Source: Cenococcum geophilum
Lineage: Eukaryota
NCBI GenBank assembly: GCA_050273025.1
Contig: CP158635.1
Span: forward strand, 9,796,001-9,860,000
DNA: 64,000 bases
Direction: 5' to 3'
Both the position numbers and the translations under genes were made by a program. Positions 14,886 to 28,600 of this stretch are shown one piece after another; position 1 is the stretch's first letter, and every line of letters begins with the position of its first letter. The notes beneath the pieces are model-generated. The model made no database searches. It was not told where the DNA came from and was given only the letters and a program-made list of their open reading frames with translations.

Positions 14886-16104
14886 GTATAGAAATACTAA
14901 ATATATATACGGCTGGCATTTAGTAGAAGTCTAAAAGTTAGGAGACTTAATACTTTAACTAAAAAAATTCCTTATAAAAAAATACTTAAATAAATAATAG
15001 TAGTAGGAATACCTAGAGAATATATGTCTATAGTATATTAAGGACAAAAAGTAAATAAAGTATTAGCTAAAGGGTAAGCTAAATATATAAGAATCTAGTA
15101 GCTAATAGTTAGGAAAAGTAAAGGCCTATAGAACTAAAGGGAGCTAGTAGTAGAGCCTTAAACCCTTAAAGGAATTTAAGAACAATACCTAAATTTATAA
15201 GTTAAATAGCAAGATTAATAGTTTAAAGTATTAGTAGATAGTAGAGCAATAAGAAACTATATCTTACTAATAGTAGTTAAAAAAAATAGGGCTACCGTAT
15301 AGGTAAAGGGAGTACCCTTATCCCTTAGTTATAATTTTAGGAGATCTAATAGCCTATAGAGGAGGTATTATTAATCTTAAAATAGGACCTATTTAGATAA
15401 CTATTAAAGAAAGATAAATTAAGATGTCTTTTAATATATTACTATTAGGGAATAATAAGGTAGTATTAGGAATACCTTAGTTATAAAAATATAATCTAAA
15501 GATCGATTAAATTATAGGTTAGGTTAATATTAGAGATACTTAATACTATAAAATATAATAATAAACTAAGTTAGTATAGTACTAAGTTAGAGTAATATAT
15601 AAGGAAACTAAGAAAGGACTAAGTTATATACTAAAAAGATACTATAAATATGGTAAGAAGCTATAGTTACTAAAAAGTAAAAAGCTGTTAGAATATGCAG
15701 TATAGGACTATAAAATAGAATTAGAACTAGAAATAAGTCTATAAGCTTACTAAAGAAAAAGGGAGAGCACTAAAAGAGTTTATCTAGGAAAACTTATAAA
15801 AGGGATATATTAGACTATTATAGTTATTAGTAGAATATCTAGTACTATTTATACTAAAGAAAAACGGAAAACTTAGGCTATGCATTAATTATAGATAGTT
15901 AAATAGTATTACTAGGAAGGATAGATATCCTTTACCCTTAATTAGTAAGATTTAGGATAGGATTAGTAATATATAAATCTTTATAAAGATAGACCTAAGA
16001 TAGGCGTACTATTAGATTAGAATTAAGGAAGGTAATAAATAAAAGGCAGCCTTTAGGTTAAAGGAAGAACTATATAAACTATTAGTTATATAATTTAGGC
16101 TTAT

Positions 16105-19100
16105 TGTATAATTACAGCACCTGTCGTACCAACCGCGTGCTTACGCGCTCGGTACGCCGAGTACGCGTTTACGCGTTTGGTGCACCAACCACCCGCTTAC
16201 GCGTCTGGTGCACTTCTAAAGCACTAACTAATCAGGGGGGAGGCGCATCAGTATATAGACTACGTAGTCTGCTTCATACAATCGACAGTCACCACCGTCT
16301 AAATGAGCATACGATACTATACGTATTTCATGCCCCTAGACACGACTCACTTGTACTATTAAATTGGTACAAACACTGATTAGTGAGCGCGCACAGATTA
16401 GCAATCACTCGACACCTCCCCCCGAGCGATACTCGACAGCGACCACCCGTTCATATCCTAGTACGACCTACTAGAAGGTCGGAAGTTGGGGATTACGGAC
16501 CTATTACCAACTCTATATACTTATTTAAGTCTTAGTACGGTTTACTGGAAGTATAATAGACGCGAATACAGACCTATATAGGAACCCCCTACCCTTGAAC
16601 CTCGAACCCCTATCCTTACTACACCTCCCCCAGACCCCTTATGGAGACCCCTTACCCTTCTACAAACCGCTACGGACCCATTAATTACCTTTACGGACCG
16701 TTACAAGCCCTTACAGAAACCCCCTACCCTCCTGCAAACCCTTATGGACCTATTATCCGCCTTTACGGACCACTACAAGACCCTTCTACCCGCTACGTAC
16801 AATACTACACAGTATGGCAGATATCAGCAAGCAAGTTAGCGAAGGTCAAAAGAAGTGGAGTCAAGGAGTCGACCTTACGTCTACAAACGACGTTAACGAC
16901 TACATTTAATTCAAACTCCTTAAATACGGATACTTTAAGCCTACGAACGATGACATATGGGAGTAATATAAGGAAGACTTTGCGGACTTTATGGAAGCTA
17001 CTTTTAAGGCCTACAGCCTTATGACCATCCGTAACCTACAAACCCTCCTCCGTAACTACGGCGTATGGGTTAAAAAAGATAAACACGTCACTATTGCACG
17101 GTCTTTATATAATGCAATATATAAGGAGGACCAAATGGAATAGACTAAGGAAGAAATCCTAGACCAGTTCAATACTACTAAGGAACTCTTTGCTTCTTCC
17201 AAACTTAATATAATCGCTAGCTTTATATCTAACCCACTTAACTAAATTTATCCTATAGACCTAAACGCCTTTAGAATTAATCTTATGGGCTAGAGTATAC
17301 CTAGTACCCAAGTTACGGACTGTAATACCCCTATAAACCAAAATACGGACCAAAACACTTCCGCTGCTTAAGCCATAGATCCGCAAACTATATGTCCGCA
17401 AGCTACAGATCCGTAAGCTATATATCCGCAAGCTATAGATCCGCAAGCTATATATCCGCAAGCTATAGATCCGCAAGCTATAGACCCGCAACCTACCTAA
17501 GTAAAGACCTATGGTAAGGAACTAGCCAACCTGGCTAAGCTCTATACCGACGAATCTAAGTATAGCGGTAAAAACGACAACTTTAACTTTAAACTAACCA
17601 TTTTTACGGACCTCTGTTAGAAGGCTGACATTCCTAAATAAAAGTTCAGCCAAGCCTACTCTACCATACTGCGCGGCCTAGCACTTAACCACTACTATAC
17701 CAACCTTAAGAGCAACCCCCTTGGTGTCCCCTTTGATAAGCTATGTGAAGCTACCCGCAACTACTTTGAAGGACCGGAATATAGGCGTGATATCCTTACC
17801 CAATGGAATGCGACCAAGCTACGGACCGTAATTGACAAGAACACCAAAAAATCGACTATAGAGTGTCTGCAAATCCTTATTAAAGACCTCCGGTACCTAT
17901 AGCACGGCCTTAACGCCAAGCTTCGAATAGACGACTTCCTACACAATAAACTTATTACGGCTTGCTAGGAAGTAGAGCCCTGCAAGTACGCCTATTATAA
18001 GCCTGCAGACACCTTAGCTGGCCTTATTAATGACCTACGCTCCTCTATTGTAACGTACGAAGTCTTAAACCCACCAAGCAGCACTTAAGCCTTCGCTACG
18101 GATATTTAATATCCGCAAATAGACTCAGAAGCCTATTTTACGGACCGCCGCTACCGCCAGCAGTACCTGTACCGACTAAACCCCACCCGTAACCCCCGCA
18201 GCAACCCCTGTACGAAAGTATATCCACGCAGACAAACTAGCCAGAAGTGCTTCGTATGTGGTAAGGAAGGATGTTAGTCTATAAGGTATACCTAGGAAGA
18301 ACGTAATAAGTCTAGGAAGAGACTTAATAACTAGATTAACCAGTTCATTTTAAAATACAAAGGAGAGGAAGTAGAGGAGCCCCCTGACAAGTCAATAGAA
18401 GCCCTTATAATTAACTTTAACTCAAACGCTTAGGAACAGGAGACCTCAGAGACATTCCTAACTACTTTTAGACCTTTTACGGACAGTCAAGCCTTTAATA
18501 CTATGACCGTATTAGCCAACCGCTCCTTTATATATTTAATTACACCCGAAAACTGGCCCGCAAGTACACCCATTAAACCCATTACGGACGTTACGGACCG
18601 CGAACAGGACCCATTTACATATATTACTACAAAACGCTATACCCCCAAAGAATTTTATAGCGTTATAATCGATATAGGTGCCTCTAAGAAGTCTACTACA
18701 GGTTACGGATAATACCTTGCATATAAGACTACCGTAAATGATAATACGGACATTAACACTATGCAAGCTGGGGCCGTAAACGTCCAATTTGGCATTAGTT
18801 CAACCGCATTAATTAAATCAGTTGCAGTTAAGACCCCAATTAGCCTAGTTAACTTCCATATAGTAAAAGCGGACACCCCTTTTTTACTTTGCCTTGCGGA
18901 CATAGATAGGTTACAGGTTTACTACAACAATATTACGGACACCTTAATCGGCCCCGCAACTGCCCCAGAAAGCAAGTATATTACCCTACTAATTATACGA
19001 CGATTTAGACACCCGTTCCTTATATAGGGAGAGACTTTACAGACCTATATTTAGGAATCTTTCGACTATAACCCGTGCTACCTTACCAGTACGGAGATCC

Positions 19101-22100
19101 ACCGTCTATACCGCCGTTTCGGCTACCTGTTAGCCGAAAAGCTATATAGAGTCCTTGAACGCTCTGGACACAACAACGTCGATAGGAAGGCAGTTAATTA
19201 CCTGACCAAATACTGCTCCTTTTACTAGAAATACGGACGTTCCCCAGGCCGATTCAAGTTCACCCTTTATAAGGACCTTAACTTTAACCACTTAGTGTAC
19301 GTAGACATTATGTACATTAACGGCAGCCCAGTATTACACATAATTGACAAGGCAACCCGCTACTAAGCCGCCCGTTAGTTGCAAAATATATCTACAAAAC
19401 ATACTTAGGACATTTTACGGACCTGCTGGATTAACACATACCTTGGACCCCCTAAGTATATCACCCACGACGCTGGTAGGAACTTTATCAGTAAGGAATT
19501 CCAACAGTATACTATGGCCATAGCTATTTTAACAAAAGCCGTTCTAGTTAAGGCGCACTAGTCCGTTGGACTTATTAAGCAAGCTCACCTAGCTTTATAA
19601 AGAGCTTACCAGATTATTACGGACGAGTGTAAGAATATCCAAAAAGAACTGGCTTTACAGATGGCTGTAAAAGCCGTTAACAATACCGCTAGCCCTAACG
19701 GACTAGTACCTACCCTCTTAGTCTACGGAGCCTACCCAAGGATAAGCAAACTGGACCCTCCTGCCCCATCTGTTACGGATCGAGCAGCTATAATACGGAA
19801 GGCAATGGCCGAAATAGTCAAATTACGGGCTAAATAAACTGTCAATAACGCTTTACACTACCGCAACGGACCTAATACGACCCTAGTACACAACCTCCCG
19901 CTTAACTCTGAAGTCCTCATGTGGCGGAAAAGCGGCAATTGGACTGGACCTTACCGTCTACTAGCCGTAGAAGACGAGACCTACTGTGTATAGCTCCCTA
20001 GCGGACCGACAAGCTTCAGAAGCACGTCCGTAAAACCCTATTTTTGGTCCGAAAACACCCATGACGTTAAGCCAGACGAACTAGAAGTAACCGCCGAACT
20101 AGACGAACCAGAAACGACTGCCGAATCAGATAAACTGGAGGCACCCTTACCTACCCCAGAGGTCCCCTAGAAACCCACTGAACCTACTAAACCTGCCGTA
20201 AAGCGTGGCCGAGGACGCCCCTGTAAGAATCCCGTAACGGAGAACCACTTAACCTCCGCAGGCACATCCGTAAAGCAATCTCCGCCTGCGGATATATTAG
20301 TTCTAGTATAGGAAACCCCTTTTACGGACTTACGGCGTAAAGAGATTAACGGACTACTTAAAAAGGGTGTCTTTGCGATTGTAACGGAGAGAGACGTTCC
20401 GCAAGGCGTCCATATATTTAACTTACGCTTCGTTGACAAGATTAAGCACCCTGGTACTGATAAAGCCTTTAAGAAATTAAGGCTTGTTATATAAGCTTAT
20501 AACGACTAGGGAAAGGACCTAATCCTTACGCAATCGCCTACAATTTAACGGGTCAGTTAACGGATTATACTCGCACTTACGCCTAGACTACAGTAAACCA
20601 AATCCGTAGCCCTTTACTTACGGGATATCTCATAAGCCTACGTGTAGTCTAATACCTACCTAAGCAGGGATATCTTTATACGACTACCCTATAAGCTTAA
20701 CCTATAACCAGGAACAATTTTATGGGTTATAAAACCTCTTTACGGAGTACCAGAAGCCGGAAACTATTGGTTTAAGATATACCACCAGCACCACGTCAGT
20801 AAACTCAAAATGGAACAGTTGACCTACGACCCCTACCTCCTATACAGCCCATTAAACGGCCTTAGTATTATTGGACTCTAAATAGACAATACCCTCTTCT
20901 TAGTAGACCGGACATTTACGGACGCTAAAGAGACTAAACTGTAAGAAGCTAAGTTCCTGGCAAAGCCGTAAGAGCAGTTAACTGAGCAGACTCTAATTAA
21001 GTTTAACGGAGGCTTAATTACACAAAAGGGCAACTTAATCCAGCTAACCCAGAAACGCCAAGCTCAAAACCTAAAGCTTGTTACAGCAAAGCCTACGGAC
21101 CTCACTAGTTCCCGCGGAGAGACCCGTAAGACCATAAATACAAAGGACCAATACGCTACACAGCGTGTAAGAGGCGCCTATATTGCCACAGTTTGCCAAC
21201 CCGAATCTGCCTACGACTTGTCCTTTACGGCCTAGGCAGTAGATCCGCAAGAAGAAAATATCAAGCAGCTTAATAAGCGCATTCAGTGGCAAATTAACAA
21301 TGCAGTAAGGGGACTTACTTTCGTACCACTAGACCTAAGTTCCCTTAGCTTACTGGCATTTACGGACGCCTCCTTTGCCAATAATAAAGACCTGTTATCA
21401 TAAATTAGCTTTATAATTGTACTTACGGACCGCAATCAGGACGCAAATATACTATACTAGTCTTTAATTAAGTGCAAACGAGTAACCTGTAGTATACTAG
21501 CTTTTGAATTATATGCACTAGCTTATGGATTTAATATAGCAGCCGCAATTAAATTAACGGTCTAGAAGATTCTACAACTGGAGTAGTTACCCCTGGTTTT
21601 ATGCACTAATTCAAAGTCCCTTTACAACTGCCTAGTTAAACTAGGTACGACATAAGAGAAGAGGCTCATGGTCGACCTAATATGCTTACATCAGGCCTAC
21701 GAATGACGTGAGATTACGGAGGTCAAATAAATCAGTAGCGGAGACAACCTAGCAGACGCTATAACTAAGGCAAAGCCGTGTTAAGCTCTTAAAACCCTAA
21801 TCAACACAAATAAGCTCAACCTAAAGGTTATAGAATGGGTAGAGCGAGACTAACGGAGCATTTACGGTTCAGCCACGGCCCGTCGGAAGGCCGTATGGTG
21901 TATTCACGGCCCGTTAAAAGGCTGTATAGTTCATTTTACGGACCGTAAGCAGGACTTACGGCCAGCTTGGAGCACCATTTGGAAGGCAACCCAGAAGGCA
22001 CCTCAGGAGGGATTTCCTATGTATTTTCTTATGTGTTTTATGGTTCTATTAAGACAATTACGGAGGCTATATATAAGTGGTTTCATTTTCCAAGTACCGC

Positions 22101-22374
22101 CAGTGTATAATTACAGCACCTGTCGTACCAACCGCGTGCTTACGCGCTCGGTACGCCGAGTACGCGTTTACGCGTTTGGTGCACCAACCACCCGCTTACG
22201 CGTCTAGTGCACTTCTAAAGCACTAACTAATTAGGGGGGAGGCGCATCAGTATATAGACTACGTAGTCTGCTTCATACAATCGACAGTCACCACCGTCTA
22301 AATAAGCATACGATACTATACGTATTTCGTGCCCCTAGACACGACTCACTTGTACCATTAAATTGGTACAAACA
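16105..22374 (+). mobile_element. Copia/Ty1 LTR retrotransposon, GalEa-like, full length, lightly RIPed, inserted in the RT of family A copy 2
   Basis: 271-bp LTRs at 16105-16375 and 22104-22374; TSD CTTAT; CFVCGKEGC*SIRY knuckle near 18248; protease IDIGA near 18670; HRLYRRFGY integrase start near 19100; RT GL*IDN (QTDD) near 20875; KRLMVD and ADAITK at the RNase H end; order PR-IN-RT-RH. Confidence 0.95.
17371..17491 (+). repeat. 15-bp coding tandem repeat (GCTATAGATCCGCAA-like, about 8 units) in Copia gag
   Basis: Directly visible; it also produces the spurious minus-strand RIYSL-repeat ORF 17261-17491. Confidence 0.85.
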
Positions 22375-24484
22375 CTTATAAACGCACTAATAATGTTCTA
22401 GAAACGTATTAATAATATATTAAAAGAATACTTAGATAAATTTATTATAGTATACCTTAATAATATTATTATCTACTTAATAAGTAAGAAAGAGCACGGA
22501 GAATACGTTAAATAGGTTTTAAGGAGACTATAAGAAGAATAAATGCTAGTAGTAATTAAAAAATGCGAGTTCTTTACTAGGAAAACCGATTTTATTAGAT
22601 TTATTATTAAACTAGGCCAACTTAATATAGATTTAAAGAAAATTAAGGCTATAGTAAATTAGTAAGAACTAGAGAACGTTATATAGTTAAGGTTGTTTCT
22701 AGGGTTTTGCAATTACTATAGAAGGTTTATAGCTTAATAGTTAAAAAATATTAAGCTATTTATAAGGTTAATAAAGAAAGAAGAACCTTAGGTATAGGGA
22801 GAAGAGTAGAGGAAACTATTTAAGGAGGTTAAGGAGTTATTTACTTAAAACCTAGTCCTTAAAATCTACTAACTAAAACTAGAAATAGTGGTCGAAATAA
22901 ATATATTAGACTTTATACTAGGGGTATACTTTCTATAGAAATATAAGAATAAATAGTACCTAGTAGCATACTATAGTTAAAAGATAACACTACTAGAACT
23001 AAACTATAACATCTATAATAAGGAGTTATTAGGTATAGTTATAGCACTTTAGAAATAAAAAGCATTCTTATAAGGTATGAAAAAGCTATTTATAGTTAAG
23101 ATAGATTATAAGAACCTAATAGGGTTCCTAATAATAAAAGAACTTAATTAGAAATAGGTTAGATAGGTAGAGATACTTATAAAATACTATTTTAAGATTT
23201 AGTATACTAAGGGTATAGATAATATATAAGCAGATACTTTAAGTAAAAAAGCTAAACTATAAAATAATAAAAAGCTATTAGGGGCTTTACTATAAAAAGA
23301 CATAGACGGTTTAATTAGATATAATTACCTAAAAATTATAGTAATAAGAGAAATTAGTTAGACCTATATATTACTAAAAAGTAATTAGTTATAAAAAATC
23401 TAAAATGTATAAATAGAGGATCCGAACTTAGAGTAATACAAAAGCTAAAAAGTAACGTATATACTAAAAAACATTATAAGAGAATTTATTAAGTTATTTT
23501 ATAAGGGATTAACTTAAGGACATAATGGAGCTATGGGCTTAGTATTAAAACTTTAAGAGAAGTATATTATTAATAGAATTTAGGGACTAGCGAGATAAGT
23601 TATAAAGGAATAAACTAGCAAGATATAAGCTATATAGAGGGCTATAACCTATTAAAATACCAAAGAGACTATAGGAGGTTATATTATAGGACTTTATTAT
23701 AAAGTTGCTAAAGTTAAAAGATCCTATTACCGGATAAGATTATAATATAATTTTAGTAATAGTGGATAAGCTAATAAAGTGGGGATACTTTATAGCATAT
23801 ATAGAAGAAATCTTAGTAGAAGATATTGCTAAAATCTATATTAAAGAAGTGTTTATAAGGTATAAAGTACTAAGTAAGATTATATTAGATAGGGATTTAA
23901 GATTTATAGTAGTATTTTAGGAGGTATTCTTAGCGGAATAAGGAGTTTAAGCAGTAACTTCTACCGCATATTATCTATAAATAGACGGTTAAACAGAAAG
24001 ACTAAACTAGATACTAAAATAGTATTTAAGGCATTACGTTAATTACGTATAGAATAATTAGGTATTACTATTACCAGTTATATAATTCGCATATAATATA
24101 ATACTGTAAGAAGGAATAGGGATATTACTATTTAAGGCGAATTACGGATATAAGCTAAGAATATTGCTATTACCGCGCTAGGTAAAGAAAATAAGTAGTA
24201 TAGCTAAGTAAAGAATGGAGATACTAATAAATCTTTATATAAACCTTACGGAAATAGCTAAGGTGGTACAGCAAAGAATAAAAAAGTACTATAATGCTAA
24301 GAGATTTAAGGGACTAGATTTTAAGGAGGGAGATAAAGTGTAGCTACTATATAAAAATTTTAAAAGTTAATAACTAAGTAAGAAATTAGACTACGTTAGA
24401 CTAGGACCTTTTAAAATTATATAAAGAATTTCACTAGTTATACTTAAGTTAAACCTACTAAGATTTACCCTATATAGTATATTG

Positions 24485-25493
24485 GCCGTCAAAAACAGAC
24501 TCTGCACCTATACGTGGTGACGGCTACAAACCTAAGTCTTTAAAGTTTAGACTTAGAGCCAACGCAGAGACGTTATACAGCGTGCGATACGACCTAGTGG
24601 TGGTGGTAGGTATTATAGGCGGTGGTAAAAAGTTTTCACATAGGATGGTGAGATCTCAAAAACCACCACTAAGTGCCCCTTACGAACAACAGCAACACTA
24701 TTCTCCTATTAAGGCACCTGTATAATCCAATATGGATACGCGGCATTCAATAACATCCCCTAACCCCCAGTAGAGAGCATTAACGACCTCTTATATTGAT
24801 AAATAAGCGATTGCGAATGAACGAGCAACGAGCAAATATACGGCCCCTTTTAACCCCTAGGGCGATCGCCCGCAGAGCATGCGGTTACTTGCCATTAACT
24901 ATTAAATACTACCTAGTAGCCTAGACAATACCGTACGGTTTTCCTATCTCCTCTTAAGGAGTAGTAACCCTTGGCGAGGGCCTAGTGACTAGGGCCTAGG
25001 CATAAAAGATACTTAGGCACACACGTCCCGCTCGCCTTTTAGTATAGTGGTAGTTTATAGATAAATCCCCCTTACGCCTTTAATAGGCCTTAGGGGGGGG
25101 AAGGTATGGCGTATATAGTAATGGTTAATAAGAGATAGTATATAGGGGGTGGTTAAAATATAGAATACAACTATAAGTGTATAGTAATTAAATGGTAAGG
25201 CCTAGCTAGGACGTAGTGAACCCTAGCTAGGATAAGCTAGAGAAGGAAGTAGTGGTTTTTAAGGAGTTTAAATATTTAAGGAGGACAGGACGTAGCCGTA
25301 GGCCTATAGGGCCGCCGCTACGGACGGACATAGCAAACCGGGGTTTTTTATCCTACTGAGGTGGCTTATAGGGTTTTTCCTCCCCCAAACTGCAGGGTTT
25401 TCTTCCTATAAATTATAAGTTTTCCCCCTATAACGGAGTAGTCTGCGTGGGCCTAGATAGGATCCGTATTAGACGTTAATCAAGAATTACTAC
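24485..25493 (+). mobile_element. Probable 5'-truncated non-LTR (LINE-like) insertion
   Basis: Interrupts the family A integrase tail relative to the copy near 48180; flanked by the 10-bp duplication TAGTATAT(T/C)G (24475-24484, 25494-25503); ends in AATTACTAC, a TAC-type tail. No clear RT motif recognised. Confidence 0.55.
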
Positions 25494-25678
25494 TAGTATA
25501 TCGCGATACTAGAACTAGTATATAGGAATATTAAGCCACTAGTTTATAAAGTAGACATATATAAAGAATAGAAAGAAGATAAATAGTAAGTTTTAAAAAT
25601 CGTTAGCTATAAGGACGTTAACGATAAAATATAGTATAAGGTAAAGTAGATAGGCTATAATAAGACTACCTAGGAGCC

Positions 25679-28600
25679 TATAAGGTAAGGATATAGATAG
25701 GGAGTCCAATAATAGAACAATAGGTATATTGTATAGATAGAGACAAATCCTTAAGGGAAAAGGAGAAGTCTATGTGCGAGGTAGGAAGGGTTTTCCCTAG
25801 GTATGTACTCTATACGTGCCTTACGGGCAAGTCACCCCTAGGTTGCCTTAGGGTCGCCTATACTTTATAGCTATATAACTATCTACTTAGGTTTTACCTA
25901 ATAATGTCCCCCCCTTTAAAAAGGGTCGTCCCCGATCCTTTATATACTTAAGCCTTAATAAAACCCCATAAAAAACCTTAGTAAGGAAAAAATTTAGAGG
26001 GGAAAGAGCGTCTTAATTTTTTATATAGAGGGACAGGTGGTATATATATACGGCGCGAAGATGTTAAGGAACTTCGACTAGCGGTTAAAGTTATCTAATT
26101 AGTTAGATTTACCTTGCTAAGACTCCCCTATATTTAACTAAGCTAGTAGCAATTTTATATACCCGGTATAGAAAATCCTAATTAGTCTATTTAATAGGTA
26201 GAGCTAGTGGAGCTTCATACCGTCGCCTAAATTTAGTAGACTAGAAATATTCCAAAGCTCGCTTATATAGGTAGGTTGCTAGTACCTTGCGGGTAGGTTG
26301 TAGGTTATTTATATATAGCCAGATTTATAGACAGTAAGGCTATATACCTATTAAATCCGCTACTAACCCTGCTTTAGCCTTACGCTATACCAGTATAGCG
26401 CTATATATACTTCGTGGGTAGGTTATAGGTTATTTATATACAGCTAGATTAGAACAGTAAGGCTATATACCCGTTAAACCCGCCGCTAACCTATATTTTA
26501 GCCTTATACATTATCTACGTAGTATATACGTAGAGTAGTGTATAAGTTATTAGTATAGGTTACTACTAGCGGGTTACTAGTAGGTTATAGACCTTGGTTA
26601 AATAGACCCCGGTTATAAACGGGCCTATTCTCTAATATATAAATAATCTGCTTAGCTAGTATAGAGTAATAAACTAAGTTTAGGAAGGGTGCTTTCTAAA
26701 TTAAGGCTGTAGTTCTTACAGTAATCGTTACTTATTCTTTAATCCCTTAAAACGTCCTCTACTCCACTTTAATATAGGTTATATTTTAACAGCGGCGCTT
26801 ACTTTTCGCCTACGCTTTAGCTATAAGGCTAGGGTATCCCGCTTACAGTACTTATCTAGTAGTTATTAATAATTCTTAAGTTCTATCTCGTATTTCTATT
26901 TATTATACTTATTTAACCATCCTAGCTATTTAATAAGGTACTATAGTTGTCTAGTATAATCCTAGTAGGCGATAATTGCTTCTACTTCCTAGCTACCTTT
27001 CTTAAGCTCTTTTACTGCCAGGGGTTAAAACCTAGGGCGTGACCTATAAGGCTCTAGTATGGAGATATAAAAGACTAGGTGGAGCTATGCTATAGTAGGT
27101 AGAAGCTCTAGCTTATATACTTGCTGCCCTACGCGCTTTAGGATCTAAAACAGTCCTATAAACTTATAGTTAAGCTTTTTATAGGGACGTTTCGTGCGGA
27201 TATTCTTAGAGGAGAGTAGGACTTATTTACTAATAGCGAAGTGCGTAGCTAGGTGGTGATAATTATAGTATTTTACCTAAAGCTTTTAGGCGTGCATTAT
27301 TAACGCCGCCGCTACCTTACGTGTAAGGCGTAGGCGTTATAGGTACGTCTTTATAAGTTAGACATTTGTTAACTTAGACCCCTTTCCACCTTACTAGGCG
27401 TCTTAGATACTGTCTAGGACTCTATCTAGGACGTTTAGTAGCTGGCTATAGGCGAGCTTAATAGGGGAACGCTTTATTATAGCATAGACCTTAGAGTTAT
27501 AGGTAAAGGCTACTTCTTTAAGTAGGGAGGCCTAATTAGACTATTCCCAGTTTATAAATATATGTAGGTATACCTTAAGCTCCTAGTTCTAACGCTCCAT
27601 CTAACTATCTGTCTATAGGTAGAATGCGGTACTAAGTTTATATTAAACGTAAAGATAGTAGTATATGGTGCTCTAGTACTTGCTTATAAATACACTACCC
27701 TTATTAAAGATAATATTATTTAGAGGCCCTATTTATATAAAGACTCTAAATAAGAGTTCTATAAGTTACGTAGCATTAATTATCTTATATACTAAATAGT
27801 AGCGCACTAGCTTTATAAAACGGTCTATAAGGATAAAAACGGAGTTATACTCTACGCTATTAGGAGTCTTAGACTCTGGGAAATCCGTAATAAAGTTAAG
27901 TAAATAATACCACTAGGCTTAGGTGGGGGCCTAAAGAGGCTGCAACTCACTATAGGGTTTATAGCGGCGCGATTTAGAGCGTTAGTAGGTATTATAATTA
28001 TCTAGGTATTTGCGGAGGTCCTAGGTAAGGCCGTTTTAAGTATATTTCCACGCAATTACCTTAAAAGTATGGTTAAAACTATAGTGGCCGCCTATAGGAT
28101 TATTATGATTCCGCTTAAGGATCTCCTATTATAGTAGTATATAATTCGGCACCTAGACCTTATTATTTTGCCTTAGGAGTCCTTAATTATTAAGGGTGTA
28201 GTCCTTATTACTAGTAGGAACTTATTCCTAGGTTAACTAATTATATATAGAGCGTGTAAAGGCGTCCCTTTTTTATACTCCATAAATAAAATTAACTAGT
28301 AACTTAAGGGGGTATTCTATAAACGCCGTTTTGGCTAAAGCAGCTACTACTACCTTTTACTATAGCACGAGACTCTGCGTAAAGTCGGTGCTAGCGAAGT
28401 AACGTATAATATATAGGTGACTCGCTAGGTTATTGCGGGGGACCGTAGCCTAGGCTAAGGGGTCTTCCCTAGGGTTAAGCGCTATTAGGCCAGTTAAAGT
28501 AGTCTTAAAGAGAATAGTAGGACACTCTAGTCCGCTAGCGCTAAGTTCGCGAGGGTTGCTTATATGCTGCACGCATGCTACTTACTAGTTTAGTGTAGTA

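Noticed and set aside
16104..22207. Identical ORFs 16104-16379 and 22019-22207
   Set aside because: Chance readings through the two LTR copies.
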